In this document: positions 1 to 9,866 of the stretch, in pieces | Layout of the letters: each line of letters opens with the position of its first letter | Numbering within the stretch: position 1 is the stretch's first letter | Assembly (NCBI GenBank): GCA_023399595.1 | Contig: JAEWOR010000006.1 | Location: forward strand, 3,176-67,175 | Direction: 5' to 3' | Length of the DNA stretch: 64,000 nucleotides | Source of the DNA: Bacteroidota bacterium | GTDB lineage: Bacteria > Bacteroidota > Bacteroidia > Flavobacteriales > Weeksellaceae | The notes under the pieces: generated by a model | Told to the model about the DNA's origin: nothing | The model's database searches: none | What the model saw: only the letters and a program-made list of their open reading frames with translations | Position numbers and translations under genes: made by a program

Positions 1-497
1 ATCTCTACACAGCCCACTCTTCCACCAGCATTTCCTGTTGGCTGAGTTTTAAAATCGTCTTTATCCGCGTGAATAATAATGCTTTTTCCGATGATATTTT
101 TAGATTCGTCGTTACAACCTAAACACCATTTATCCGTTTTAAAATTTAAAGTTGCCGTTCCTTTAGTATCAGCATTCAAATTTCCTATATCTCCCATATG
201 GAAATGTCCAACACCCCATTTTCCATGGTCGTGTCCTGCAGGATTCCAATGTCCACCAGCCGAAGATCCATCTGCTGCAGAACAATCTCCTTTTTCATGA
301 ATATGAATAGCGTGCGGTCCTGCTGTCAATTTATAAGCACTTACTTTCATTTCCACTTGTTTACCTTTTTGTTTAAAAGTTACAATACCTTGTGTCTCCG
401 TTCCACTTTTGGGTAAAATAGAATAGGTTTTAGCAGTTCCACAAGAAACAACAGCTAAAGCTACTCCTGCAATTAGTGCGCTTTGTAATATTTTCAT
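1..497 (-). CDS. sodC: Cu/Zn superoxide dismutase, lipoprotein (last codons run off the left edge)
   Basis: Not in the ORF track. Manual minus-strand translation from ATG 497 gives MKILQSALIAGVALAVVSC (lipobox)...HAIHIHEKGDCS...AGGHWNP...HMGDIGNL...IIIHADKDD...TGNAGGRVGC, the Cu/Zn SOD ligand motifs. Confidence 0.93.
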   Translation of the reverse strand, partial: MKILQSALIAGVALAVVSCGTAKTYSILPKSGTETQGIVTFKQKGKQVEMKVSAYKLTAGPHAIHIHEKGDCSAADGSSAGGHWNPAGHDHGKWGVGHFHMGDIGNLNADTKGTATLNFKTDKWCLGCNDESKNIIGKSIIIHADKDDFKTQPTGNAGGRVGCVE

Positions 498-565
498 TTT
501 TAAAGATTTTTTATGATGACCTAAATTTACTAATTATTTTCCGAAACCTTGTTTAAGGCATTTTC

Positions 566-595
566 ACCTTTCAGACATTAAATTTTACCCTTCGG
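566..595 (+). promoter_or_regulatory. Putative LytTR operator: 9-bp imperfect direct repeat with 21-bp period
   Basis: ACCTTTCAG (566-574) and ACCCTTCGG (587-595), 12-bp spacer, upstream of TAGATTTG (630-637). A LytTR regulator is encoded in the same cluster. Confidence 0.55.
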
Positions 596-629
596 TAATT
601 ATTTATTGAAAAATGAATCAAAAACAGCT

Positions 630-637
630 TAGATTTG
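630..637 (+). promoter_or_regulatory. Bacteroidota -7 promoter element (TAnnTTTG) for the TonB receptor gene
   Basis: TAGATTTG, 19 nt before ATG 657. Confidence 0.6.
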
Positions 638-656
638 AGGAAAAATTTTACCTCTC

Positions 657-2861
657 ATGAAGTTCCTAAGTTTATTTTTAATATTTATTAATTTTTCTTT
701 AATCTTTTCTCAAACCACTATTTCTGGCAAGATAACATTTAAAGGAAAAGGTATATCAGGCGTTAATATCAGTCTTAAAGACACCTATGATGGAGCTACT
801 TCTAGTGAAGATGGCACTTACCATTTTGAAACTTCAGAAAAGGGAAATCATATTTTAGTTTTCCAACATCCAAAATATATTGATGTAGAAAAAAGCATTG
901 TTTTAGAAGAAAATACTCTTACAATTAATGCCGAACTTAGAGAACAAGTAAACGAAATTGATGCAGTAGTAATTTCCGCAGGTGCTATTGAAGCCAGTGA
1001 TAAAAAAAGGGCTACAGCACTCCTTTCTCCTATTGATATTTACACCACGGCTGGTTCCGACGGACAAATTACCAAATCCTTAGAATATCTTCCGGGAACT
1101 CAGAAAGTGGGCGAAACAGAAGGTCTTTTCATAAGAGGAGGCACTGGGACTGAAGCTAAAATTTTCATGGATGGAAGTTTAGTGAACAATTATTTCTCCA
1201 ATTCTGTTCCTGGAATTGCGGGTAGAGATAGGTTTAACACATCATTATTCAAAGGGAATATATTTTCTAGTGGCGGATATTCTGCATTGTACGGACAAGC
1301 GCTTTCTGGAGTTTTGGTTTTGGAAAGTGTAGATTTACCCGAACAAAGTTCTTATGATTTTGGAATTTCCCCTATATTTTTAAGCGGAGGTTTGCAAAAA
1401 CTTTCTGAAGACAAAACCTACTCTTACGGCATAAGTGCAAGCTATTCTTTATTGGATCTCATGCAAAAAATTTTTAGCTTTAATACAGATTTCACAAAAG
1501 CACCTGAAGGTTTTAATGGCGATGCTAATTTTAGAATTAAAACTAAAAATGGCGGAATGATAAAATATTACGGAATGTTTGACACCAATAAAATGGGGGT
1601 TAGAACAAAAAGTTTAGAGCCAGAATATGATTTTTCTAGCGTTTTCTTAAAAGCCAAAAACACATTCCATAGCTTGGCATATCGACAAAAATTTGGAAAA
1701 TATACGCTTCATTCATCCACTTCATTATCCTACAATCATTCAGATATGGATTTATCAACTGAAAAAGACAATCTTGAAACTCGAACGGGAAGATTGAGTA
1801 ACACAGGAAATTACATCAACTTTAAAACTTTTGTTGAAAGAAAACTCCATAGAATAAGTGCACTACGTGGTGGTTTTGAATTGAACAATGCTAACGAAAT
1901 TTATAAATATTACTCTTTTGCGAGGAAATATCTGGATTTAAATTCTGCTGTTTTCGTAGAAACAGATTTAGGATTTAACAATCATTTATCAGCAAAAATA
2001 GGCGTTAGAGCAGAAAACTCATCCTACTTTAAGGAGTCTAAAATTGCACCAAGATTTGCACTTGCCTATCGCTTAGCAAAAGATTGGACAACTTCTGTAG
2101 CGTACGGAATTTACTATCAAAGTCCAGAAAGTAAATATTTAAATTATCCTGCCGATTTAGGATTTCAAAGAGCGGATCATTATATTTTTCAATTGCAAAG
2201 AACAACCGAAGGACGAAGTTTAAGATGGGAAGCTTTCTACAAAAAGTACGACCAATTGATAAAAACTTCAGGCGATAATTTTTTTCAAACTGCAGTTAAC
2301 AATAACGGAAATGGTTATGCAAAAGGTGTTGAACTTTTTTGGAGAGATAAAAAAACCTTCAAAAACATTGATTATTGGATCAGCTATTCTTACTTAGATT
2401 CCAAAAGAAATTTTATGAATTATCCTTTGAAGATTCAACCTGGTTTCGCTTCCGAACACACGCTTTCCGCTGTCGCTAAAAAATTTGTAATAGACTGGAA
2501 AACAGGATTTAATTTATCTTACACTTACGCAAAGGGAAGACCTTATTACGATATTATTTCCCCCAATAATGGAAATTTAAATATCATAAGAAACCAAGGA
2601 AGATTAAAAGATTACAATGCTTTGAATTTTAGTGTAAACTATCTTCCTAACTTAGGAAAAAAAGACAGCAAAGCTTTTACAGTATTGGTTTTGAGCGTTA
2701 GTAATATTTTGGGAAACAAAAATGTATTTGGCTATAATTTTTCCAATGATGGGTTAAGAAATTCCGCCGTAGTTCCCCCAATTAATACTTTCGTTTTTGT
2801 GGGCGCCTTCATTAGTTTTGGAGTAGATAAAACGCAAGATGCTATTAATAATAATTTATAA
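657..2861 (+). CDS. TonB-dependent outer-membrane receptor
   Basis: Signal peptide, N-terminal carboxypeptidase-regulatory-like domain, plug motifs (LFIRGG, GGYSALYGQALSGVL), beta-barrel C-terminus. Confidence 0.88.
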   Translation: MKFLSLFLIFINFSLIFSQTTISGKITFKGKGISGVNISLKDTYDGATSSEDGTYHFETSEKGNHILVFQHPKYIDVEKSIVLEENTLTINAELREQVNEIDAVVISAGAIEASDKKRATALLSPIDIYTTAGSDGQITKSLEYLPGTQKVGETEGLFIRGGTGTEAKIFMDGSLVNNYFSNSVPGIAGRDRFNTSLFKGNIFSSGGYSALYGQALSGVLVLESVDLPEQSSYDFGISPIFLSGGLQKLSEDKTYSYGISASYSLLDLMQKIFSFNTDFTKAPEGFNGDANFRIKTKNGGMIKYYGMFDTNKMGVRTKSLEPEYDFSSVFLKAKNTFHSLAYRQKFGKYTLHSSTSLSYNHSDMDLSTEKDNLETRTGRLSNTGNYINFKTFVERKLHRISALRGGFELNNANEIYKYYSFARKYLDLNSAVFVETDLGFNNHLSAKIGVRAENSSYFKESKIAPRFALAYRLAKDWTTSVAYGIYYQSPESKYLNYPADLGFQRADHYIFQLQRTTEGRSLRWEAFYKKYDQLIKTSGDNFFQTAVNNNGNGYAKGVELFWRDKKTFKNIDYWISYSYLDSKRNFMNYPLKIQPGFASEHTLSAVAKKFVIDWKTGFNLSYTYAKGRPYYDIISPNNGNLNIIRNQGRLKDYNALNFSVNYLPNLGKKDSKAFTVLVLSVSNILGNKNVFGYNFSNDGLRNSAVVPPINTFVFVGAFISFGVDKTQDAINNNL

Positions 2862-2924
2862 TACCCGACTTAAAAAAAGAATAAATTTTACATTTGATAC
2901 AACCAAAACTTTAAATTTTTAATT

Positions 2925-3566
2925 ATGAAAAAAATATTTTTAACACTATTTGTAATGATGATTTCCTTCACTGCCTTCGCACAAGGGAATTATGAAAAAG
3001 TAATGAAAGAAAAAATTGCAAAACTTGAAGTTTGCAAAACTCCCGATGAATTTACCGCTTTATCTAACGATTTTAAAAGAATTGCAGAAAAAGAAAAAGA
3101 CAAATGGCAACCTTATTATTACGCGTCTTTTGCTTTAATTCAACAAGGAAGGTTCTTGATGAGAGATAATAAAATTGCTGATGCCGAAGCTCCAGCAAAT
3201 GAAGCATTAAAATTAACTGATACCGCATCCAAATTGAGCAAAGACAATGCAGAAATTCATATTTTAAATAAAATGGCCAATAGTCTTTTAATGATGAAAG
3301 ATCCGATGACAAGATACATGACTTATGGACAAACTGCGGCTCAAGAGTTAGATACTGCAGAAAAATTAGATTCCGAAAACCCAAGAATTACACTTTTAAA
3401 AGGTGAAGATCTTTATTTCACACCTGAACAATATGGTGGAAGCAAAGAAAAAGGCCTGGAAATGATTAAAAAATCTATCGAACAATTCGGAACTTATAAG
3501 CCTAAAACTGAATTAGACCCCAACTGGGGAAAACAAGAAGCGGAATTCATGTCTAAGATGAAATAA
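2925..3566 (+). CDS. Secreted helical (TPR-like) hypothetical protein
   Basis: Signal peptide (AFA-Q), amphipathic helical repeats, directly behind the TonB receptor. Confidence 0.65.
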   Translation: MKKIFLTLFVMMISFTAFAQGNYEKVMKEKIAKLEVCKTPDEFTALSNDFKRIAEKEKDKWQPYYYASFALIQQGRFLMRDNKIADAEAPANEALKLTDTASKLSKDNAEIHILNKMANSLLMMKDPMTRYMTYGQTAAQELDTAEKLDSENPRITLLKGEDLYFTPEQYGGSKEKGLEMIKKSIEQFGTYKPKTELDPNWGKQEAEFMSKMK

Positions 3567-3587
3567 ATTTTGCTACGATACAATTTC

Positions 3588-3617
3588 AAAAAGCCTCAAA
3601 TATTTGGAGGCTTTTTT
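3588..3617 (+). terminator. Intrinsic terminator
   Basis: AAAAAGCCTC...GAGGCTTTTTT hairpin after 3566. Confidence 0.75.
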
Positions 3618-3706
3618 ACTAATCAACCCGTAAAAACAACGGTTGGGTCATAAATAATTTCAATGCTAACTCTCAGCATGTATATTTGAAGTATAATTTA
3701 TAAGTC

Positions 3707-5029
3707 ATGAAAAGAAAGGAACTCATACAATTAGTCGTTATTTCTATTGTTATTTCTGCATTTATATTTGTTGCATTTGTAGATGAGAAAACATTGAAGA
3801 ATTTTCTGTTATCTTGTTGCATTTCCCTCATGTATTCGTTCACCATTGGCTATGGAAACCATTTTGTAACCAGCTTTCTTGAGAAAAAATTCCCTTGGGA
3901 AAAAAACACTCGAAAAAGAGCCATCATCACCATTATTTCTATTGTAATTGTGAATGTTATATTGGTATATTCCACCAACTATGTGAATTTTGTTTTAATA
4001 CAAAAAGCATTAACGACTACGGAATTTTTCACCACTTCAAAACTAAATTTCATCAATTGGTTTTATATTAATATTGCGCTTTTAATTTCCGCATTCCTCC
4101 ATGCCAAAAGCTTTATGGAAGAGCTTCAAAAATCTAAAAAGAAAGAAGTTCAGGAGCAAAAAATAATTGCCACATCTGCAAATGCACAATTTGAAACTTT
4201 AAAAAACCAACTCGATCCACATTTTCTTTTTAATTCTTTAAATGTTTTAAGTTCATTAATTGAAGAAAACCCAGAAAAAGCCGTAAAATTTACCAATGAT
4301 ATGTCCAAAGTTTACCGTTATGTGTTGGAACAAAAGGATAAAAAATTGGTGACTGTAAAAGAAGAAATTAATTTCGCTTTAACCTATTGCAGTCTTTTAA
4401 AAATGAGATTTGAAGACAGTGTAGATTTTATTTTTGATAGCAATGAGGATGATTTTGAAAAACTTGTGGTTCCGTTATCTTTACAATTGCTTTTAGAAAA
4501 TTGTATTAAACACAACTTTGCGACCTCGTCTAAGCCGCTTACTATAAAGGTTTACTGCAAAAACGACAATCTAGTTGTTGAAAATAACTTACAACCAAGA
4601 GAACAATTAAACGAAAGCTCAGGAATTGGTCTTAACAATATTGTTCAACGGTATTCATTACTTACCAATTTGAAAGTTACAATGGGAAAAACAGAGGATT
4701 TATTCACCATAAAACTTCCATTATTAACCACGGAACCTGAAATTATGAAGACAACTTTCACAGAAAAAACAAGTTTTGAAAATGCACAACAACGCGTACA
4801 GGATGTTAAAGATTTTTATACCAATCTTATCATGTATTTTGCTATTATGCCCTTCATTATTTTTATTAATGTGTACAGCGGAACAGAAACTTTATGGTTT
4901 TTATACCCTCTTTTTGGTTGGGCAATAGGCATTCTTATTCATGCATTTTATTTATTTGTTTTGGGCAATGACTGGGAAGAAAAAGAAATTCATAAATTGA
5001 TGAATAAAAAAAACAACAATCCTTTATAA
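3707..5029 (+). CDS. LytS-family sensor histidine kinase with C-terminal 2TM domain
   Basis: N-terminal TM helices, LKNQLDPHFLFNSLN H-box, LQLLLENCIKHN, GIGLNN. Extra C-terminal two-TM segment (WFLYPLFGWAIGILIHA...WEEKEI). Confidence 0.9.
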   Translation: MKRKELIQLVVISIVISAFIFVAFVDEKTLKNFLLSCCISLMYSFTIGYGNHFVTSFLEKKFPWEKNTRKRAIITIISIVIVNVILVYSTNYVNFVLIQKALTTTEFFTTSKLNFINWFYINIALLISAFLHAKSFMEELQKSKKKEVQEQKIIATSANAQFETLKNQLDPHFLFNSLNVLSSLIEENPEKAVKFTNDMSKVYRYVLEQKDKKLVTVKEEINFALTYCSLLKMRFEDSVDFIFDSNEDDFEKLVVPLSLQLLLENCIKHNFATSSKPLTIKVYCKNDNLVVENNLQPREQLNESSGIGLNNIVQRYSLLTNLKVTMGKTEDLFTIKLPLLTTEPEIMKTTFTEKTSFENAQQRVQDVKDFYTNLIMYFAIMPFIIFINVYSGTETLWFLYPLFGWAIGILIHAFYLFVLGNDWEEKEIHKLMNKKNNNPL

Positions 5030-5038
5030 GTATTAAAA

Positions 5039-5785
5039 ATGTCCATAAAAACCATTATTATAGAAGACGAAAAACCTGCAGCTAGGAAACTCGAAAGAAT
5101 GCTAAGTCAGTATGAAGAACTGGAAGTTGAGGCTACTCTCAATTCTGTAGAAGAAGCTATAAATTGGTTTCAAAATAACCAAGAACCCCAACTCATTTTC
5201 TCAGATATTGTTTTGGGTGATGGTTTGTCTTTCGATATTTACGATAAAGTTTCTACAAAAGCATTTATTATTTACACCACGGCTTTCGACCAATACACGC
5301 TTAAAGCATTTAAACTAAACAGTATAGATTATCTTCTTAAACCAATACATGAAGAAGAACTAAAAAAAGCTATTGAGAAATTTAAAACATTTCTACCTTC
5401 TGAAAATCAAAATTCTGGAAGCGAAATTAAAGAGATTATCAGTAATAAAAACGCTTATATTTCTAGAATTCTTGTGAAAATTGGCTACAACTTAAAAATT
5501 GTTTCCACCAGAGAAATTAGTTGTTTCTATTCCGAAAATAAAATTGTCTATTTGCAAACTTCAGAAAGAAATTACCCTACAGATTTCACTTTAGATGAAC
5601 TGGAAAAAATACTAGATCCTCAACAATTTATTAGAGTAAACCGACAATTTATTATCCAGTTGGACTATATTAAAAACATTCATACTTCACCAAAATTTAA
5701 GGTGGAGCTCCATCATCAACTCAATGAAGAAATAACTGTGAGCAGAGATCGTGTAAAAGATTTTAAAGATTGGTTAAGCAAATAA
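5039..5785 (+). CDS. LytTR-family DNA-binding response regulator
   Basis: Receiver (IIEDE, FSDI, TTAFDQY, DYLLKP) plus LytTR domain (FIRVNRQFII, VSRDRV). Confidence 0.93.
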   Translation: MSIKTIIIEDEKPAARKLERMLSQYEELEVEATLNSVEEAINWFQNNQEPQLIFSDIVLGDGLSFDIYDKVSTKAFIIYTTAFDQYTLKAFKLNSIDYLLKPIHEEELKKAIEKFKTFLPSENQNSGSEIKEIISNKNAYISRILVKIGYNLKIVSTREISCFYSENKIVYLQTSERNYPTDFTLDELEKILDPQQFIRVNRQFIIQLDYIKNIHTSPKFKVELHHQLNEEITVSRDRVKDFKDWLSK

Positions 5786-5931
5786 TTTGTTTTATTTATC
5801 AAATTCAAAGACAGAAAAACCTCTTTTCGTCTTTTTATGAAGGAAAAACACTTTATTTTTTTTAATTTTGAAAGATATAATCTTATGCAATAAAAGTCAA
5901 AATTTTGTAATTGCATATTTTAATTTTTTTC

Positions 5932-6606
5932 ATGCTAGAACTTATATTTTCTGCGATAGGATTAGGTTTTATGTTGAGCTTAGTTTTCATAGGCCCTATT
6001 TTTTTCTTACTTATAGAAACCAGCTTTTCCAGAGGTCCCAAACATGCTATAGCATTAGATTTAGGCGTTATTTCTGCAGATTTATTGTGCATTGTTGCCG
6101 CCTATTATACCAGCGCAGATTTAGTAAACCTTATAGACGAACATCCTGGTTTTTATAGAATAACCGCTCTCATTATATTTGTTTATGGTATTTTTATGAT
6201 GGCTTCCAAAACCAAAATGCATCTTTCTGGAGAAGAAAAACTTATCAACCAGAATTATTATAAAACTTTTGCAAATGGTTTCCTTTTAAATTTACTCAAC
6301 GTTGGAGTAATACTTTTTTGGTTGGCGACCGTAATTTCTGCTCGAAACCAATATCCTCAACACTACCATTTCCTTATTTATTTGGCGGTAGTTATCCTTA
6401 CTTATTTGGCTATAGATTTAATAAAAATTTTCCTTGCCAAGCAATTTCACAACAAGCTTACTCAAAACCTAGCCAATAAAATTAGAAAGGTGGTAGGCGT
6501 TATTCTTATATTTTTCAGCATATTTATTTTCTTGCAGAGTTATAAAAAGTTTAACCAGTTTGATAAAAAACTAGAGGAAGCTGAAAAACAAGAACAAAGA
6601 CAATGA
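5932..6606 (+). CDS. LysE-family translocator
   Basis: IGPIFFLLIETS motif, GFLLNLLN, about 6 TM helices. ATG 5932 preferred to TTG 5911. Confidence 0.8.
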   Translation: MLELIFSAIGLGFMLSLVFIGPIFFLLIETSFSRGPKHAIALDLGVISADLLCIVAAYYTSADLVNLIDEHPGFYRITALIIFVYGIFMMASKTKMHLSGEEKLINQNYYKTFANGFLLNLLNVGVILFWLATVISARNQYPQHYHFLIYLAVVILTYLAIDLIKIFLAKQFHNKLTQNLANKIRKVVGVILIFFSIFIFLQSYKKFNQFDKKLEEAEKQEQRQ

Positions 6607-7541
6607 TAAAAAATATTATTTACCCAAAACCTTTAAAAAAAGGAGATAAAATAGCCATTATTTCTCCCGCTGGATCCGTAGAGCCTTCCCAGCTGGAAAG
6701 CAATTTGAAAATAATTGAAAACAAGGGTTTTATTCCGGTTTTGGGAAAACATCTCTACACCAAATTTTCTCATGGTTATAACTATGCAGGAACAGAAAAG
6801 GAAAGAACAGAAGACATCAACTGGGCATTCAATGATAATGAAATTTCTGCAGTTTGGGCGTCAAGAGGCGGTTATGGCTGTCAACATTTATTGGAAGGAA
6901 TTAATATTAAAAACTTCAAGAAAAATCCAAAATGGTATATTGGATATTCAGATAATACAGTTATTCAAAGTTATTTATTGAAAAAAGGCTTCGCTTCTAT
7001 CCACGGACAAACCATTAAAACCTCAAGCTTTGGAGTGACTAAAGAAAGCTATAATTTAACTTTTGATATTTTGAAAGGTAAATTTCCCACTTATAAACTT
7101 CCAAATCACCCCTTGAATAAAAATGGAAATATTGAAGGACAGCTCATTGGAGGGAATTTAGCATTAATTTATGCCCTTTTAGGTTCACCTTATTCTTTTG
7201 ATTGTAAAGATAAAATACTTTTTATTGAAGATATTGGTGAGAATTTTTACGCATTAGACAGAATGTTAATGGGATTAGAATTAGCTGGAGTTTTCAAGAA
7301 AATAAAAGGCTTAATTGTAGGAGGAATGATTAATATGGGGGACGAAAAAGAAAATAAAGATTACGAAAAAAGTTTTGACGGCTTTGCAAATTCCATAATT
7401 TCTGAGCGAATTGCAAAATATAACTTCCCTACCGTTTTTGAATTTCCGAACGGACATATTTTTGATAACAGACCATTAATTATTGGTGCCCATATAAAAA
7501 TGAAAATTGCAAAAGAGGTGAAAATTGAATTTTTAGATTAA
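6603..7541 (+). CDS. ldcA: LD-carboxypeptidase (peptidase S66)
   Basis: ASRGGYG, IGYSDNT, GGNL, FIEDIGE, NGH catalytic motifs. Confidence 0.88.
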   Translation: MIKNIIYPKPLKKGDKIAIISPAGSVEPSQLESNLKIIENKGFIPVLGKHLYTKFSHGYNYAGTEKERTEDINWAFNDNEISAVWASRGGYGCQHLLEGINIKNFKKNPKWYIGYSDNTVIQSYLLKKGFASIHGQTIKTSSFGVTKESYNLTFDILKGKFPTYKLPNHPLNKNGNIEGQLIGGNLALIYALLGSPYSFDCKDKILFIEDIGENFYALDRMLMGLELAGVFKKIKGLIVGGMINMGDEKENKDYEKSFDGFANSIISERIAKYNFPTVFEFPNGHIFDNRPLIIGAHIKMKIAKEVKIEFLD

Positions 7542-7542
7542 A

Positions 7543-7570
7543 CATCACTCATTACCCATTACTTATTACC
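7543..7570 (+). repeat. Degenerate 7-bp tandem repeat (YATYACY)x4
   Basis: CATCACT CATTACC CATTACT TATTACC between the ldcA stop and the yraN start. Confidence 0.6.
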
Positions 7571-7580
7571 TATAAAAAAC

Positions 7581-7952
7581 ATGGCCAAGCATATTGATTT
7601 CGGAAGAAACAGTGAAGAAGCTGCTACAAACTTTTTACAAAAAAAAGGCTATAGAATTCTCGCGAAAAATTTTCGATATCAAAAGGCTGAACTCGATATT
7701 ATTGCCGAGTTTGAAGATAAAATAATTGTAGTTGAAGTAAAAGCAAGATCCAGTAATTTCTTCATTAACCCAGAAGAGGCCGTTGATAAAAGAAAAATGA
7801 AACTCATCCTTTTAGCAACCGATTTTTATCTGCAAGAAAATACAATTGAAAAAGAAGTCCGTTTTGATATTATTTCTATTCTCCAAAAAGACAATGACGA
7901 ATTAGAAATCAAACATATTGAAAATGCCTTTGAAGCCTTTGATATCCAATAA
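7581..7952 (+). CDS. yraN: YraN-family (UPF0102) protein
   Basis: G..SEEAA..FL..KGYRIL..NFR...ELDIIA, VEVKAR, VRFDII. Confidence 0.9.
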   Translation: MAKHIDFGRNSEEAATNFLQKKGYRILAKNFRYQKAELDIIAEFEDKIIVVEVKARSSNFFINPEEAVDKRKMKLILLATDFYLQENTIEKEVRFDIISILQKDNDELEIKHIENAFEAFDIQ

Positions 7953-7977
7953 AAATTTAAATTATTTCTTAAACAAT

Positions 7978-8727
7978 ATGAAAACAATATTCATTACAGG
8001 AGCTACTTCAGGAATTGGAAAAGCAACCGCTGAAATTTTTGCAAAACAAAAACATAGACTTATTCTTTGTGGACGAAGAAAAGAAATTTTAAAACAAGTA
8101 AGCGAAAGTTTAAAAAGCTTAACCGAGGTTTATAGTTTAACTTTTGATGTAAGAAATAACAAGGAAGTAGAAAACGCCATCAACTCATTACCCGAGGAAT
8201 GGAAAAACATAGATATTCTTGTTAACAATGCAGGAAATGCGCATGGTTTAGACTCTCTAGCCAATGGCAACCTACAAGATTGGGACGCAATGATGGATGG
8301 AAATGTAAAAGGACTTTTGTATGTTTCAAAAATGATTATTCCTAAAATGATAGAACAAAAATCTGGACATATCGTGAATATTTCTTCTGTGGCAGCTAGA
8401 CAAACCTACGCCAATGGTGTGGTGTATTGTGCTAGTAAAAAAGCTGTGGATACTATTTCCGAAGGAATGAGAATTGAGCTTACAGAATTCGGAATAAAAG
8501 TTACCAATATTCAACCTGGAGCCGTGGAAACCGATTTTTCTAAAGTAAGATTCAAAGGTGACGAAGAAAGAGCTGCAACTGTTTACGCAGGTTACGAAGC
8601 TTTAAAAGCTGAAGATATTGCAGATGCCATTTCGTATTGTGTAAATGCGCCAGAACGTGTTTCTATTGCGGAAATTTGCATTTATCCGAAAGCTCAAGCG
8701 GAACCAAGAATGATTCATAAAAAATAA
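7978..8727 (+). CDS. SDR-family NAD(P)-dependent oxidoreductase (YdfG-like)
   Basis: TGATSGIG, NNAG, YCASK. Start moved to MKTIFITG at 7978. Confidence 0.9.
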   Translation: MKTIFITGATSGIGKATAEIFAKQKHRLILCGRRKEILKQVSESLKSLTEVYSLTFDVRNNKEVENAINSLPEEWKNIDILVNNAGNAHGLDSLANGNLQDWDAMMDGNVKGLLYVSKMIIPKMIEQKSGHIVNISSVAARQTYANGVVYCASKKAVDTISEGMRIELTEFGIKVTNIQPGAVETDFSKVRFKGDEERAATVYAGYEALKAEDIADAISYCVNAPERVSIAEICIYPKAQAEPRMIHKK

Positions 8728-9155
8728 TGAGGCTTTTAATTATTATTTTCTGCATTCTGAGTTTTGGGTTGAAATTAACGGCTCAGGAAATTGATAATCA
8801 GTTAAAAAAGAGCATTTATCAACTGGATTCTTATATGCAAAATAACGATTCTGCAATTTCTCAACTTCTTTCTAAAGATGTTTCCTTTGGGCATTCTAAT
8901 GGATGGACTCAAACGTATTCTGATTTTGAAAAACGTTTTTCTCAACAAAAAGCTCGGTATCAAAAAATAGAAAATATTGAATTTAAGGAAACTAAAACTT
9001 GGAAAAAAATAAGCAGTATAAGAAGAATAATACATGTTAAAGGGACTTACAAAGACATTCCTTTCAGCATGAATCTTTCCACACTGGAAATTTGGAAAAA
9101 AACAAAAGGCAAATGGAAGTTATGGAGTCGACAAAGTGTAGAAATAAAGCCATAA
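8727..9155 (+). CDS. Secreted NTF2-like (DUF4440-type) protein
   Basis: Signal peptide, SFGHSNG motif, C-terminal W...GKWKL..RQS. Confidence 0.7.
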   Translation: MRLLIIIFCILSFGLKLTAQEIDNQLKKSIYQLDSYMQNNDSAISQLLSKDVSFGHSNGWTQTYSDFEKRFSQQKARYQKIENIEFKETKTWKKISSIRRIIHVKGTYKDIPFSMNLSTLEIWKKTKGKWKLWSRQSVEIKP

Positions 9156-9191
9156 ATTTGCATAGCTATTTAATGAATTAGAATCTCATCA

Positions 9192-9860
9192 ATGAAAATC
9201 TTATATCTAGAAACCTCCTCCAAAAACTGTTCAGTTACGATTTCAGAAAACGAAAAACTACTGTGTTTGTGTGAAGAAATTTCAGAAAACTACAAACAAT
9301 CCGAAAGCTTGCACACCTTTGTAGAATGGGCTTTGGAAGGAGCAGAAATAAGCATCAAAGATATTGAAGCGGTTTGCTTAGGAAAAGGACCTGGTTCTTA
9401 CACTGGTTTAAGGATTGGTGCGGCTTCTGCAAAGGGATTTTGTTATGGTTTGAACATTCCATTGGTTGCTGTAAATTCCATTGAGAGCATGGTTGAACCT
9501 TTTATTGATCAAGATTTCGATATTATTATTCCATTAATTGACGCTAGAAGAATGGAAGTTTACACCGCTGTTTATAATGGAAAAACAGGTGAGGAAATCT
9601 CTGCAACGGAAGCTAAAATTTTAGATGAAACCTCTTTTGCTGAATACAAAGATCAAAAAGTAATTTTTGTGGGTGATGGAGCCAAAAAAGCTCAAGAAAT
9701 CTTACAATTACCGAATGTGGTATACAAAGATAACGTTTATCCTTCCTCGCAATATTTAATTAAAAAAGCGAACGAAAAAATAGCTCAAAAAGACTTTGAA
9801 GACATCGCCTATTTTGAGCCTTTTTACTTGAAAGATTTTCATGGAGTAAAGAAAAAATAA
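9192..9860 (+). CDS. tsaB: tRNA threonylcarbamoyladenosine biosynthesis protein TsaB
   Basis: LETSS, GPGSYTGLRIG, IDARRMEVY, EPFYLK. Confidence 0.95.
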   Translation: MKILYLETSSKNCSVTISENEKLLCLCEEISENYKQSESLHTFVEWALEGAEISIKDIEAVCLGKGPGSYTGLRIGAASAKGFCYGLNIPLVAVNSIESMVEPFIDQDFDIIIPLIDARRMEVYTAVYNGKTGEEISATEAKILDETSFAEYKDQKVIFVGDGAKKAQEILQLPNVVYKDNVYPSSQYLIKKANEKIAQKDFEDIAYFEPFYLKDFHGVKKK

Positions 9861-9866
9861 ACTTTC

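Noticed and set aside
79..416. Plus-strand ORFs 79..300 and 198..416
   Set aside because: Antisense shadows of sodC, which has clear motifs on the minus strand.
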